NCBI GenBank assembly: GCA_040954595.2
Contig: CM082579.2
Span: forward strand, 5,018,879-5,082,878
Reading direction: 5' to 3'
DNA length: 64,000 bases
DNA from: Balanoglossus misakiensis
Taxonomy: Eukaryota > Animalia > Hemichordata
Below the pieces are notes generated by a model. The model was given only the letters and a program-made list of their open reading frames with translations. It was not told the origin of the DNA and searched no databases. Numbering within the stretch: position 1 is the first letter of the stretch; each line of letters starts with the position of its first letter. This document shows, piece by piece, positions 12,801 to 27,900 of the stretch. The position numbers were made by a program, and so were the translations under genes.

Positions 12801-15179
12801 TTTTTTAAGTGTCTATCATGTAGTTGTCAAAGGTGTACACAGCTACCTCTCCTGATACTTGTGCAATACAATGTGGCTCCCTATCTTACTGTTTATATGC
12901 AGAAATACATGTATTGACTTCATCATACAACTATGGCAAGAAATAACTGGGTATACACAGACAGGTCTATTTTTAATTTTAACTATACACTGAATGGAAT
13001 CCTGGTGCTACACGATCACCATGTGCCATTTTCAAAATACAGTTCCCCCTCTGTATCTGTAACCCATGTTTACTATCTTCAGGAGTTTAAACATACCCAC
13101 TGACCTACATCATAAGTGACCCGGAGTCCGGCCAGACTCATGCTGGTCTTCATGAATGACCCCAATCTGTTGCACTTTTATTTCCTCAGCCAAATTCCAT
13201 CTACCGTCTTCTATTTAATCCACGGGGTGAAGTGTCATAACAGTCACGCTTTTTCAGAAACTGATACGCTGGCCGAGAATAGCACCAACATCATCCAATC
13301 TAAATTTCGCCTCGGACACTCACTCACTCACTCTGCACTTTTCCAGATGTAGAGAATTGTGTTCCAATAACCCAGTTCGGATTTCTCTACACTGACTCGA
13401 CACAACAAGCTAAAGTTAATAAGCATTGCACATATAAATAGTCTGGAATCATCACACGGTCACTGAGACTATTTTTTACACTCTGGCTAAATGGCTGTTT
13501 TCTTGGTTAAGGTATAGATACACAGAGTAGAATTGTCGGCGTTTGGCTACAGGTGGGCTACAGGTGTTTCACTTAAAATGGCAAAAGCTTACAATGTTGA
13601 ATTTCAAAATTAAAACGGCACACCACAACTGCACAAGCAGATCGAGTGGTACCGGACATTCAATCAGTGAACAGACTCATTATTATCAGGATCATATCAT
13701 GGACCGGAAGCCAGTGTTTGATTTCTCTTGCTTCAATGCACTTGTACATTCAAGTATACAACGCACTCACACGGGTCACACGGCCTCCTTTTTGCCCTTG
13801 ACCTGTTTTCTCTTTCCAGGTCACTGCCAAAGAGAACCTCACACCCAACCAACCAACATCAGCTCAAATCCACCCTGACTAATGCTACGGCAACCGCGGT
13901 TTAACAAAAACAACAAAATCCGAACAGTGCCGCACACAGAGGATCATCACTTTAAACGTGTCTCCGCAAACCCCTCAAGTAAATCTCCTCAAAGCCGAGG
14001 CTAATCTGTGTGGAGAAGCAGTGTAAGTGGACACTGATCCGGGCTGTGAGTAGCACAGGGGTCACAACCCCTTGGGTAACACACTATTTTCAGCCTATAC
14101 GCCAATTGCTGGAATTTTCACGGAGCACCATTGATAGTCGGTTGTGGACACAACCTCCAGGCAGGACTCTGGTTTCACTCCAATATTACACACTCTTTAA
14201 ACCGTTCCAATTTCTCTCAGGCAGAAACAAAACTTGTGATCAAATTTTTTACTTCTGCTAAATGATGGAATTGACCATTCCACCATCCCAACTTTATAGT
14301 GTGATTATAAACATCCTTTTGAAAAATGTGACTGACATCATGCAAAAACTCTGAAGCAGCACAGTTACCATGGTAACAATCCAGGAGAGGCAGATTCGAT
14401 TAAGCTGACCACAGTAAACTCTGACTGCGCGTGATTCAATCCAACTTGGCTCTGTCATTTATTTAATTTATGCATAACTGACACACAGACACACCATGGC
14501 AACAACACCAAGGCGCACAAAGTGCCAACAGAAGCTCAATGGTTTCTTAAGAACAGGTATTCCGGACAGAACCAGTCTTTATTTAAAAAATCCGACAGAC
14601 TATGACGCTCTCTCAGTGGGACAACTGATGTGGAAGTCTGTCCTTAGACGGATTACAATGTTGACTTTTCAGGATAAAATGGGAATGCCAAGAAGCACGC
14701 CATAGCTTTTCATCAGGTTTTATTTTTAGAGGGTGTCTTCTTTTCAGAAGGTTTTGTACTTTCTTGTCAAGTCTTGAACATTCCATAGACACACACTGGT
14801 GTCTCTCGCGGCGCTTGACAAAAAAAATAGCTTTGACAGCAACGGCCTACTTCTTGTTTGAACTGTGTGTATGTTGGTTTTGATGTGCTAAATTTAAGTG
14901 TCCACACTCGCACAGGTCAACGGTCGGGGTTACGACTCGCGCTCATCATGTCACTGAACGGTTTACGTGTCAAACACGATCTAGCCCCCGCCGCATCTTC
15001 ACAGTGGCACCCGATTTGTATATAGCCTGCTCACGAAGTGGTGAATATCAGGTGTGACATTTCAGCAGGAAGTGTCTGGGTATTGCGGTTATTTTGAACG
15101 TCCTCGCTCAAAGCAACGTTGCGAGGTCAGATGGTAACCAGGCTATATTTAGCTCTCTGGTTACGTATGGTTAGGAATG
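6839..15179. promoter_or_regulatory. Putative TEAD/Scalloped (MCAT, CATTCC/GGAATG) motif-rich enhancer region in KIBRA intron 1
   Basis: 20 exact CATTCC/GGAATG hexamers counted by eye in ~8.3 kb, against roughly 4 expected from base composition. Function is inferred. Confidence 0.5.
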
Positions 15180-18100
15180 CGCTCGGTAAACAATTCAAGT
15201 CGGTAAATTCTAAAACGAAAATCTGATTTGAAAATCACAATTTTCCCAGTTATGAAAAACAGTTCAATCTTTAAATCAGTCATACAAGACAACATGTATA
15301 CGAGTGCAAAGACAAATTATTTCTAAAGACAGGCATATTCATCCCTCTATAATGAAAAATCATTAAGAAAGATTTCCTATTTCCTAACTCCACAGAAGCA
15401 ACACACCAGTGAGAACCTTTTCAATGGCAGGGACAAGCGTATTCTCCTCTGATGTGCATTCAGTAATAAAACTGACAAGCGTGATCGTTTGTGTTTGCGT
15501 TGCCATGGCAGCAATCTCCGGTTGATGTATTCAGCATGATGAGATGAGATGAGTGCGGTGTAAAAGGAAGAGGCCATCAATTCAGCTTCACTGAACAGCT
15601 GATTTTATAGGTAAAAGAAAGAGGTGGAAATGACAGATATCAACAGAAATTGCCTTTGGTGTTAAGTATCCATAGAAACAAATGTAATCGTTGATGCATC
15701 TTCTCGCAAGCATTGAGATGCCCTTGAGATGTACCCTAATCCAAACCGTTTGAAGCCTATTTTCAGATCGATGCCTGGTGCTGTATGCATTATACTTGGC
15801 TTTTGGTTGATTTACATGTAATTATTATTCCAAGAGAGACTTATTGGCCAATCACACATGCTCTCTTTCTCTGCTACAAAGTTGGCTAATCTTCCTTTAC
15901 TTTGATTGCATGGTGGACAAGAAAACCACACGTATATTACGTATAATATCCCTATGCACCAATTGGCCAATTAAGTGATTTCACCACCGGGTAAATTTAA
16001 GTTAAATGTCCCCCCCCCCTCCCCCTGACCAACTGCTTGCCAGTTAGCTGCATCTTAAAGCTGTACACGCAACGACACCAGGCCAAAGCTTTAGGACCAC
16101 AGGCTACATTCACTTCCCCATAATACGCGACCGCACACAACAAACTCTTAGCTCATTAATTTCACCCAGTTGTTTGACACCGCATTCTGTTGGTAATGGA
16201 GCTGTCAAACCTAAACAACCGTAGCCAAGAAAAGTCCATCTAGGCTTGTGAACTGTGCCAAACCAAAAAGCTCTTTGCATTTGGCAAGGTCACGCCAACT
16301 TAGAAGAGACCGACCCCCATCGCATGCAGCTGACTTGGCCCGGGTCCAGGATGTGAGGGGGCTAGCTACTGTGTTGCCACAGCTTTTGTTTCACGACCAC
16401 ATGCCCCGAGGGTACTGCATACTTCAGCCACTAAAGAGAAGCCTCGAAGAATGACGGGGCAATCTACAGAAAAGAAAATTCCTGCCACAACGTTCGGCCT
16501 TGGAATATCAGAAAATACCCATCTGTCTTAATCCCTTGTTTACAAACTGAGGACTTCTACTCTGCGAGGGTGAGACATGAAATAACTCCCAGGCCAGGTT
16601 TATGTACTGTACACCTACATGAAATCAAAAGATGGCTGCTATCCTTCTAATCCAGTTACTCTCATGCTAATTTCGTTACCTAATTTCCGATATTGTAATC
16701 TCAAAAGGGTGCACCCTTGGATATCCATAACATGATAGGGCCATGCACGAGTGATACCACCAGCAAACGCCCGGCTGCCTACAACTTGCGCTTCACAGCA
16801 CCCCTGTGAAATGAATCCCCCTGGCTTGTAAATTGCACTTGATTATGTTTCTATAAATCAATTTCAAAATATGTGTCCTTATATGGAGTTGGCAGGTGTC
16901 CATATTGCTGTGGTATCTGCAGCATTTGAACAGTGCCATGCAATGGCTGCTATGTGAGCAATGACGCAAAAACATGTTTGCGAAATTTTCCAAGACCTTC
17001 ACTGTCAAAGAGTCGTGCAAAACAGTGCATTAGTGTTTAGAGAAAAAGGCCCTGTCCTGCACAGAATGATATCCACAGGACAACTGCTTTTATTGCCAGT
17101 TTGTGACAACATTCAGGTTTTGGGGTTGGTCTACATCCCTCTTGTTGTACACTGCCCTCTAAGGTCCAAACAAGGCCAGGCGGAGAACAATCCCAGACTG
17201 CACAGGGAGGAAATGTTGGAGTTCCACCAGAAAAGAGCAGTGTTGAGCAGATTCTATGTCCACAGTACACATAGATCACTCACTGATAACATTACTGTCT
17301 TTACAGAAACAGAACGATTGAAGAAGAACAGCTCAGTGACCCATATGACCTTTGCCCTGAACCACAAGGATAAACAAAGCACCTCAGGTTGCGTTGGGTC
17401 CATCATGTTCGGCCACTACTGACAAATAGACAGACAAACTTTTTTTCCTTGTCTAGCTCTAGGGAATGTTTTCTCAGCTTTCTTTAGCTCACAGCCCAAA
17501 CATGGCCGACCCTCCTCCCCCAGTAGAAAGCATCCTGATACATCTGCAAAGCCAGCCATCGTGTTTGGGCAGCTAACATTTCAAGATTTTGCCAGGGACA
17601 GCTTAGAGCTGCAATGTCAACAGTTCAGGTGGCAGTGTAAGCACACAGCACAAGAGATAATCTCTAAATTCCAGTAGCTTGTTGCCATAAGTAATTATTA
17701 TAACCTTATAATACTGTCAGCAGGGGGTCTGTACATGTATGTGCATAACCACACACGGGCCATTTCAGAGGAATTCCTCTTCGTGCATCTAGTGTGCGAG
17801 TTAGAATGTTGAGGGGAGATATATCTATACACACACTTCAGTCAACATCAATGAAGTGGACATTATACACTCCTAATATCAATCTATAATCATCAAAAGA
17901 CTAAAATGATTTCTATCTGATATGGTTTCGTCAATTCATATGACACGTACTACATCTTGAAATGTAAATATACGAGTTAATCCCCCTCCCTGGGTCAGAC
18001 CAGGGGCTCTCCCAACTGCAGTTTTATCTTTTACTGCAGTTATCAGAGGAGGGCATCTCCGTTTAATCAATATCATTACTGCAGACAGATTAATAAAGGT

Positions 18101-18898
18101 GTCACAAGGGAGCATTATAGGTTGGGGGCTTGGCAGACCATTTTCATGACTCAGACAGGCATATCTGTGTCACACCCTTTTGAACTGCACCAAGAGGAAA
18201 AGGGCTTGATTAATTTGTACGTGCAAATATTTTTATCACTCGCACAGAGGTATGCTACAATGTAGCTGCCCTATTGCCTGATTTGATTGGGTCCAATATG
18301 GGCTTCTGCCAAAACAATCCAAAGTTATTTCAAATAACTCATACAATATCTTGCCAGAAGATACGTACATGTACGAACTTCTGCAGAATGAGGTTGCCCC
18401 GAAAGCAGAAGTCCACAGGCCTGGTCCATATACATCACCGCTATCAGTCCAGATGTCAAAACCAAGATGTTCAAAAGGGGAAGTTTGGAGATAAAAGCCG
18501 ATCTTTCTCTACTGTTCATGAAAAAAATCCAGACATAATAACAGCCGCTCTAATGTGTTTGATAACACTGGCTGGTCCACTGCCTCTCCTACCGAATGTT
18601 AGGCCAAGGGACCAGGACTAGTTTTTTTATAGCCCATCACAGATCATAGGATGACTGCCAGACTTTCGGCTACGCTAAGGACCAATGAGGCGGTATTTTG
18701 ATGTGTGAGTGTGTGCATCGGTGTAGACTTATCTTGTTGATTGATACAGCTAGTGTGGGGTACCGCTCTGGTGTAAATATTTCCATTTTTTAGTTGCAGT
18801 CGGCTAAACTCTTGCGTTGTGCTAACAGACAGAAGGTGATCATTGTCACTGTCAAGATTGCTTTGTAATTCCCGCAGTGGTTACACTTATAGGCATCT

Positions 18899-18900
<2 letters not shown>

Positions 18901-18934
<34 letters not shown>

Positions 18935-18951
18935 TTCATCTTCATCATCAT
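18901..18951 (+). repeat. (CAT)n microsatellite with two CTT interruptions
   Basis: catcatcat... is directly visible and explains the poly-Met and poly-Ser artefact ORFs at 18790-19266. Confidence 0.95.
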
Positions 18952-21900
18952 TCTTTCCAGTATCTCAATCATTGCTACTATCCACCTACATATATGCGGA
19001 AGTGCAGAAGACGTACTTTGTTCCAGAAAGACAGTTTTCTCTAAAACTGAGTCGTGTAACCTTTGTCTCCGTAGTTGAGAAGTTAGATGGCTGCATTTCA
19101 GATTAATTAAACTCAACGCACCCTGACGACCACAGCGTTCCACGGACACAAGGTGCCAAAGATTTAACGCACTGCTGGTACAAACAGGAAACACGTGCAT
19201 GAATACGTAGAATAATATGCATATTTCTATGCTCCTATTCATACAGCTATTTGAATTCCAGTTCATGACTAGTTACAAATTGTATACTATCACCTTGTAC
19301 GACCATCATTGAAAACTTGACCACTGAGATGAGGGTCATCCAACACCAATGATACATGTATGCAAAGACAAGCTGCCACACCTGCATAAATCATTGCCTG
19401 TTACAGTACATTAGGGAATAATTTTGATAGTGTTAAGTATCTATATGTCACTGCCACTGGTGTGAACGTGACCTTCAACTGTGGCTGAACCATCTGTTGT
19501 CACCCAAATCTAACAAATAAACTATGAGTGAAGCCAAACCAGCGTTTTATCGTCCGCACACCGGTCTGCAAGTGGAGTGTGAAACTGCATAAATGTATTC
19601 ATTAAACATTTTAATTAGCAGATCATGTGCATATTTAGATTGAGCACAATGACAAAGAAAAAGAGACAATTGTTTCAACACACAATGCACACAAAGGAAC
19701 ATTTGGATAAATTGTGATCACCATTTTGGATCGATTTATTAATTTAGTATCTGCAAATGGTGTGAATTCTGTGATGAAATGTTTTGTTTTCTTATGGAAA
19801 TGAGCTGAGCTGCATATGACAAACCCTTTGTCTGAACACTGAACGTCATAAAAACGGTACCTGCAAAAAACACAACAAAACAAACCCTCTGCCTCATTGT
19901 TACAAAGATGAATTATTACCATGACATTAACAAATTGATACACTGTTTTGTTGTGTACAATTTTTAATAAAGCATATAGCAGGTAAAGTCAGGGTGGTAT
20001 AATAGTCATTATCAATGAAAATTTAATACCTGCAAAACATTTTTCATGGGCAAGTTTTTATTGTTTATCTTTTGTTTTGGCGGACAGATGAAACGAGGAA
20101 ACCTAAAAATAACTCTGGGCCATCTGTGTCCTATTCTGGTACGTCTGTGTGCAACAAGGGCCCTGGAAATAGCGTACTATTACATGCAGATGCAGCAGTG
20201 TGGCAGTTGGCAATTGCAGTTCCGTTTAGCATGAATTCATGGCTTTGTTTAGACTCTCGCCTCACTAATGGAGCACTTGCGCACACTCTACATGTTACAC
20301 CGGCGAGAGGAGGAATCCGAGACTCTCCGGTTGGTAGTGCCGGGGTAACTCCAACCCTCTCCCGCGGCTGCACAATGATAGGTTACCGACACCGCGTAAA
20401 CGACGACACAAAAATGTCGGCAAAACAAGTCTGCTTTTGAATGAATTTATCCGTAAAATGTCAAATGACCATTCATATTATCACACCAGTAACTTATGCT
20501 TGCTACGATGCACCAGTGAACGACTGTGATGCCATATGCGACTGTCGACATCTCAAAATGCGAATTGAAAAGGTACCAGTTTAACTGTTCGATAAAACAA
20601 CAAAATGTGATGTTGAATTATGCTCACATTAATACGTACTGTACATCCGATCCAGTAAAAAAAAGAGACTGACATGAATTACCATCTTGTGATAAATTTA
20701 CTGTACTATTCCGAGTGAGACAGACTCACATATTTTCGCAGAAAGATCATTAAATACGTGAAATGATAGGGCATTGATATGTTTTTCTGGAATTTGAGAC
20801 TGCGAGCTGGGGACTAAAACCTTGAAATGTGAGCAAGACCCGTCACTACACAGGGTTCACTAATCATTCTCTGACCTGCCAGGACTGTCACGCAACATCT
20901 GAAAAAAGCCGGGGATCCAAGTTGTGGGGGAGGGGGGATCGGGGAAACGGTTACCATGGAGATCATAGTAGTGACCAGTGAGGCGAGCACATTTTATGGA
21001 AAGGAGGCAGATGATAAAATATCATTATTTTTAAGGTTTCAGATGCACGACATGACTCAAATGTGCAGGTAGCTTGAGTATAGGTAAAACACGTACATGT
21101 ACATGTGCAGAAGACTAATTTCACAGACAGAATTTTGCCAAACCCATGACACACCACACAGACTAAAATAGCCACCAGAGAGTGACACAGACCCAATGGC
21201 ATTTGGCAAATGCCAAAGTCCTACACAAACCAACAGAACTGTTTTATTTACAAATGACAAACACAGTTTATAGCATTTGCTATATCAGATCAGCTCCCTT
21301 CGAGTTCTATCGGTCATTTCCCAGGGAAAAGGTTTCAGCAGCTGGCAAGACGAAAAGTACTTCACACACAGTATCAATCTGAGACACCGCAATTTATCTT
21401 CAAGTTATCTTGGTGTCAGTCTGCCGAGAGTTGGATGTTATGCATGTATTATGGATGGATGGAGAGACACCACTAATTCATCGACTGCGAGAGAGACACA
21501 CCGCGTTATCATCAAAGAAGAATGATAGTCTTAACCTCCCACCCTGTGATCTGCGAAAACAAAACACAGATCCCTGAAGGTCGGGGCAGGACAGATTCTC
21601 CACACTGCCAGGGTGGTTGCTTTGATGGGCAAACAAACAAATAAATCCAGTCAGGGGTCCTTGCGGAGAGCAGCCCATCTCTGCGCCTAAAAATGCCATC
21701 TAATGAGAACATTGCCCCAGAAAGAAAGTTAAAGAGTGTGTGGAGATACAGAATGAATGGATACGTGACACGACGACCTTCTCAGCCTATGACTAAGTTG
21801 CTTGGTATGTTTATAATGCTCCTCTTTGCCATGCTGAGTGAATCATGACAATCGGAGACCAATGACCCACACTGGTCAACATCCCCGGACAATCCTATTC

Positions 21901-24900
21901 TGCCCGTGCCTTTTTTCTCTCTCGCCGGTAATAACTGGAACTCGCAACCACAGGAATCGGATACAATGCTTTCTCTTGAAAATAATTAGGCGTGGGTACG
22001 TACGACCGGGCCTCCCTCGACGAGGCTCGTGTGGAACAAACAAAATTCCGCTGCGGTGAATAAAACGGGTGAGCTGCTGGGTTGCATGCAGACGGGATCC
22101 AGGGAGTGTGTTGTGGTTGTAATGGCTCTGAAATTTCTCTCAAACCGGAAAGAGAAGCCACACATGCAAGCTAATTAGTGCATGTTGCAACTCAACAATT
22201 TTGATTTCGCATATCACTGCATATATTTGCCGAGGTTCTTCAGTGAGGGGGTACATGGCCTTCTCCTTGAGCCCCTCCTACTGATGTGCAGGCTGGCATT
22301 GTACCTTTGATCTGTGACAAATTCGACTCAGACAGAATGCTTCATGATTGCTGTTTAAATATGTGGCTCTTTTCAAATGTTTACTCGGGTATTTTTAGCA
22401 GCTGAAAGGAGAGAACAACGCAGCCATTGTTTTCCATCGGCTTCTTTTCGGGGGAGTTTGCGCAATCGCTCACTCAGAGACGCACATCGCATTCAAACCA
22501 TCTGCCTTCAACTGGTGAGCTGGAGTGTATTGTGTGTACAGAGATGGCAAGGCAGGCATGATGGTGATTGATGACATTTCTCTCTCTCTGCATCAGACAA
22601 ACTTTTCAAAGAGATTAATTACATGTACCTTTCTTTGGAGGCTGATGGAAACGAGGCCTTTTCGGCACTTTGTTGATTTGCGTTAAAAAAAAGACCAGCT
22701 ATTATTCGACCCAAAGATGGGTATTAACATGTGAATAATGCAGACTAATTTTTGGTACAGACCAAAAATTGAATGATGCATTCATGTGTAATGTCCCTTT
22801 AACCCATTCTGACAAGTCCTCTCTGTCAATACATCTCCAAGAGCCCTCTTGTGTCTCATTAACAGGGAACTCAATGCCATGTTGTCATTGCCACGAACAA
22901 TCCAAGACACAATGCAACTGTCTTTTCTTCTGCCTACAAATACTAACTGTACCAGAAGTTCATTATCTCTCAAGGGGAGACTCCCCCCATAGACTGTCCA
23001 CACACTATTCAAACACAGCCTTTATTGTCATTCCTTCCAATAGCGCGTGCTTGTCTGACCTCTGTCCTCATAGAACGGGCCTGCTGATAAATTATCGGCC
23101 AGAGACCAACTTGTGGGGGTTGAGTTTTGGCGATATTGTGCAAAAGTGGCATTCAAGGCATCGACGATGTGACACTGACAGCAAAATACCCAAGTCACCA
23201 AAGTAGCCTTTCAAAGTTCAAAGGTCGAGCCGTAACGTGGAAATCAGAGTAAATGTCCGACAACTGGCAACAAACCAACAACAACTAGGATTATGCGGTC
23301 CATATGCTCAGTTCCCCAATCCTAATTATACTTTATTTGCAACAGCAGCTCAAAATTTAAGTTAACAAACGCAGGAGACCTAGAAACAGATGCAGAATAC
23401 GTCTGTCCGGGTCACACATCAACAGAATGTGTCTGTCAGGGTCGGAGGTTACCTCTATTTCAGAAATCCTGCCAAACAACGTTTCAGCGAGACTAAACAT
23501 GGATTCAGCATGCTTTTTTTCAACGGTTAACGCAACATGCTCTCTCTAACTTATTGTAAAATGAACTGGTTTGCTATTTTTAATCACAGGGGATTCAATT
23601 TTCTCTGTGATGGAGTTATTTGTCTGGGGCTAGTACACATCGAGTGAAAATTTACGTTTGAACGCTTACAGCTGGCTCAGATGTTTTCCGTTTCTCTTCC
23701 AAAAAATCTATAAACATGATTTTTTTTTTAAATAACTTAAGACAGGTGCAATATATACCTGAAACATAGTGCTCATTGTTTATGGGGGCCCAGAAAGACT
23801 GCACAAGTACATTTAGCTTCATGGAAAGTTTCACCAAATTGCTCCAGACACCATGTTTTAAGAATACAGCCTACTGGACTTTTAAAGTGTTTTATGGAGG
23901 TTTGAACGAGTCCTTCTGCAAAGAAATTCACACACAATTACGCATGCAATAAATACTTGATAGTTGAATGCAAAACAAACAATGCAAATAAACACTTTTC
24001 TGTTGAAATCATCAACCTTACCTCCCCCACCGAAACAGCTTTGAGCGGTGTCTGTTTTAATCAGCTTTTATACTTTTATTTATAGCATAGTAACCATGGG
24101 TGTCGTGTTTCTCTATAAATACAACAGATAATGGGAATCGTCAGGACGGGGCCAGGTGAAGGCCAGCGGGAACAGTCAGGACTTGTCACTGCAGCGAATT
24201 TAATTTATAGTCAGTATACTCCCCATATGTTTTCACCAAGGTCTGCCAGAACTCGTTTTGTGTCATGCAAATTTACTGAGCCGTAACTTCAGCTAGAATT
24301 TTATCATTTCTACGTGCGCGTACTTCTCACCACATTTTCAAACGATCTCGTTTTCACTGAGGAACGGTTGATGAACACGCAATAGCTGGATGTGCTAATA
24401 ACAACAATGTACATGTATAGTGTTATCAGGAAGTGATACTGCACTATACAATGTAAGCAGAATCTTAAACACCGCAATACACTTGGGATGGGAATATACC
24501 AGTACCTACAAAGCACTTAAAGCTACATGTAGGAGATGCAAGCATCTTTTTCCCCCAATAAACAGTTCCGTGTACGGACAACAGGTTTGCTAGAAATGCC
24601 CACATCATCAACAAAGTATGGACCTTTAAATCAACAGAAAAGCCCCCCTCCCATGAGCGAGGTCAGTGACATGATTGAGTCACGCCACCAGAATAAGGAC
24701 TGGAGCTAAAGTCAATCTGTGTGGGAATGTTGGAACACACAGATGGAATAAAACAGAACAAAAATAGCCACGCCATAATGATTATATACACAAATCTACG
24801 TGAAGTCCAGCATGCAAACAGGTTTCCACTGTCCTTTTTTTATCTCATTGAATAAACAGATGTGGAGGACCCAAATGCTCTCTTTCCCCATGATGTCTAC

Positions 24901-27900
24901 TCTAAACAACGTGCCAGTGTGTCCTCGATACTGTCCTTAAAAATAATGTTGCATTACTGTTTTTATGTCCTATGTCTATATGCACGTAAATGGATTAGGC
25001 CCCAACGAAGTAAAATTGAGTGCTTCCTTAGAGTGGCTGTAGTGAGCCTGTATGTCCCCAAAACCATTTCAACCACACCGTAATTCCATTACCACAGGCT
25101 GTGTTTTTCGTAAACCATTTCATTTTTGACATTTTCATTAACTTGCAATTACAACAGGTGTTCCATGAAATGGTAAAAAGCACATGTCAGTGACAGAAAT
25201 CTGGCGGAGAGTGCAGGATAAATAAAAGATACACTGAGAGAGAAAAAATGTGGTAAATAGTTCACACGGCAGACTGTGTGATCGATGAAAATGTATGCAA
25301 GAATCACATAACTGTGTATTCACCCACATCAGCAGGAGGGCAGTTACGTCATCATGGAAGTTACGTCCACGATTACATAAACCTGAAAACTTGATTTGAA
25401 TTACAAGAGGATCTTGTCTAAAACACAGTAGTTGTATTTATAGGTTCATTCATGTGTTTACAACCCGAATTTAAAGAGGGATGGCCTGTCCTCTTCATCC
25501 TGGTGTAAAGATCTTTGTTTTGAGGAATGTCATGCGGGTTGTTAAATGAGGGAAAATATTTTGGCATCAAAAAATAGACAGACCCTCCCATCAGCCACGG
25601 GGCACTTTTTGTGTTGTCATTTCTTCTTCGACGGCAGACAAATATGGATAGCTGCTAGTGTTCGGTAACACTCTGTGCTGGAAGGCAGCCAAAGCACAAA
25701 CCACAAAATAGTTCTCGTCCTGAAATGTCAGAGATTTGAAAGACCAGTGATATCAACAACAGCAATGTTGGAGGTTTCAACCCGTGTATATATACTGACT
25801 GTATTTTTGAAGAGATGAAACACGTGTAAAAACCACGCCAGCTGAGTGTTGGGCTACCAAACGCAGCTTTGTTTAATTACTGGCAGGAGTATTGCATTAT
25901 CCCATTTTTTTAATGGCTGGGCTATAAAAATGACGAAAGCCAGCCTTTAAAGCTATTAAGTCTCCCATTTTTTTCTAATTTTTTAAAGTCAGTGCTTGAT
26001 TGATTGCACTTTTGGGTCCGAAAGCTATATACTCTTTGTGAGATCACGTTGCACTTCGGTCACGAAAAAAACAGAAAGTGTCTCGAACAAAGGTGGTGAG
26101 CAGTTCCCAAATGTATGATAACTTTGCCACCACACCCGTAGCTGATATGAGAATGGGCGCTTTGGGCCAGTACTTTGCCCCTAACTTTAATACAGGAGGA
26201 TCATTTCTGACCATTTTCTTCACTGATGTTTTGAAAACGATATATCTGCACACAAAACAACACTTAAAACAATAAAAGTTTACTAACAACAAATAAACAT
26301 CAAACTCTGAACTGCATCAGTTTTTTCTCTTACGACAAGACAGACTCCTAAGTTAGAAAAATTAATGACTGTTGATGCACGCACAAATCTGTAATCCTTC
26401 CATCGCCACCGACATCTCTTGGTTTATTTGCCATTTTCAGCGCAACATAGCATGAGAAGTCTACGTTTGCAGCATGGGTGAAATCCATCCGTATGCCTTT
26501 GGCAAAGAAAACAAATTTCAGAAATAATACCCCCTTTCAGACTGCCAATAAGGACTGGGTCAGCCGTGCTTCCGAAACCACAACTCTGAATAAAATCGGC
26601 TATGCCGGTCGGGCGAGAATGTAACGCATGCACATTACTGTCACGCAAACTGTGGCTCGCTCTGTGTCCTTCACACTACAGAACAAAAAAGCCTCCACTG
26701 TCGAACGGTGTAAAGAACATATGCACACATCGAGTTACCTGCATTCACCATTGTTCTGTGTCAGCGATGCCGTGCCACTAAATCAATCCATCAACCTGCC
26801 GCTGGCAATTAAATTTTAATGTCTGTCATGTTAAGTTTGAGCAGGTGGGTTTGGTATTCTATCGATCGCCAGTCGGAAGTGTCAAATTGCTGGTTGCCAA
26901 ATTTTAGGTTTTGAGTGAAAAGTGTACTGAGCAGTCTAGCTCACCAGTTGCTTGGCATTTTTTATGTCTCGATAAAGATTCTTAATTCAGTTTTTCCCTG
27001 CCTCGTGATTTTACATGATGCAAATCCAAAATCAGGTTTGAAGAACAAGGTGACTTTGAAAAATCCTGGCACTATCATCTCCCTATCACGCAGACAAATG
27101 TACTATTTAATCAGGTGGTCTGATTCAATTACTCCAGCATGGCCTAATAAGATCAACCTGGTTTCAGTCCATCTGCACATCCCCATTATGCCAGGCAGGA
27201 TGGAAAAATCCACCTGATTTTCCTACACGTGGATCATTCCATGATGACGAGTGACAGGGGAGACAGCATCGCAAGAAGTGTGACAAAACTGCTGAAGGTA
27301 CGACACAGTAAGATTGGCTCTGGGGGATTTTTAAAAAATGCACAGCCACAAAAGGTCGACTTTTTGCGGCGAGGGCAGAGATCTGTATCAATGACAAATA
27401 CTTGATTGATATTCAATTGATGACAACATGTTGCACATTCTGTAAACCTTCAGAGGATAAAATATCTCGTAAAAGGGCAATCTGATAACCTGGGAATCTA
27501 GGGCACAAACTTTGTTTTGGAGACCAAATAATTCCTCGAATATTCAGTGATAACAACCAGGGGATCGCACAATGAACACTCACTGCCTACTGCCATTATC
27601 ATTATCCATTCATCTGATAAAACATCGAATGGTTTTAGTTTGATTTTGAACTCAAGATACAGACAGTATTTTTTCCTCCCAACATTTCCTGAAGAGTTAC
27701 ATGTAGAGACTGTTTGCTGCTGCTTTCATGGTAATCAAATTAGTCTCTCAAACAAAGGGAACAGAATAGACAAGCTCATTTCTAATACTGCTCAAAACAT
27801 CATCAGCACACTGTACTGCATGTATCCAAGTGACAGATCCCCAAACACATGGGCAGTGACGAAAATTGGCCACAATATTAGTTTAACAAACTTGGATACC

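Noticed and set aside
18790-19266. ORFs with poly-Met and poly-Ser tracts
   Set aside because: Translation artefact of the (CAT)n microsatellite.
25983-26190. TTAA-flanked segment suggesting a piggyBac/Kolobok-type MITE
   Set aside because: Terminal inverted match is only a few bases, and I saw no second copy in the window.
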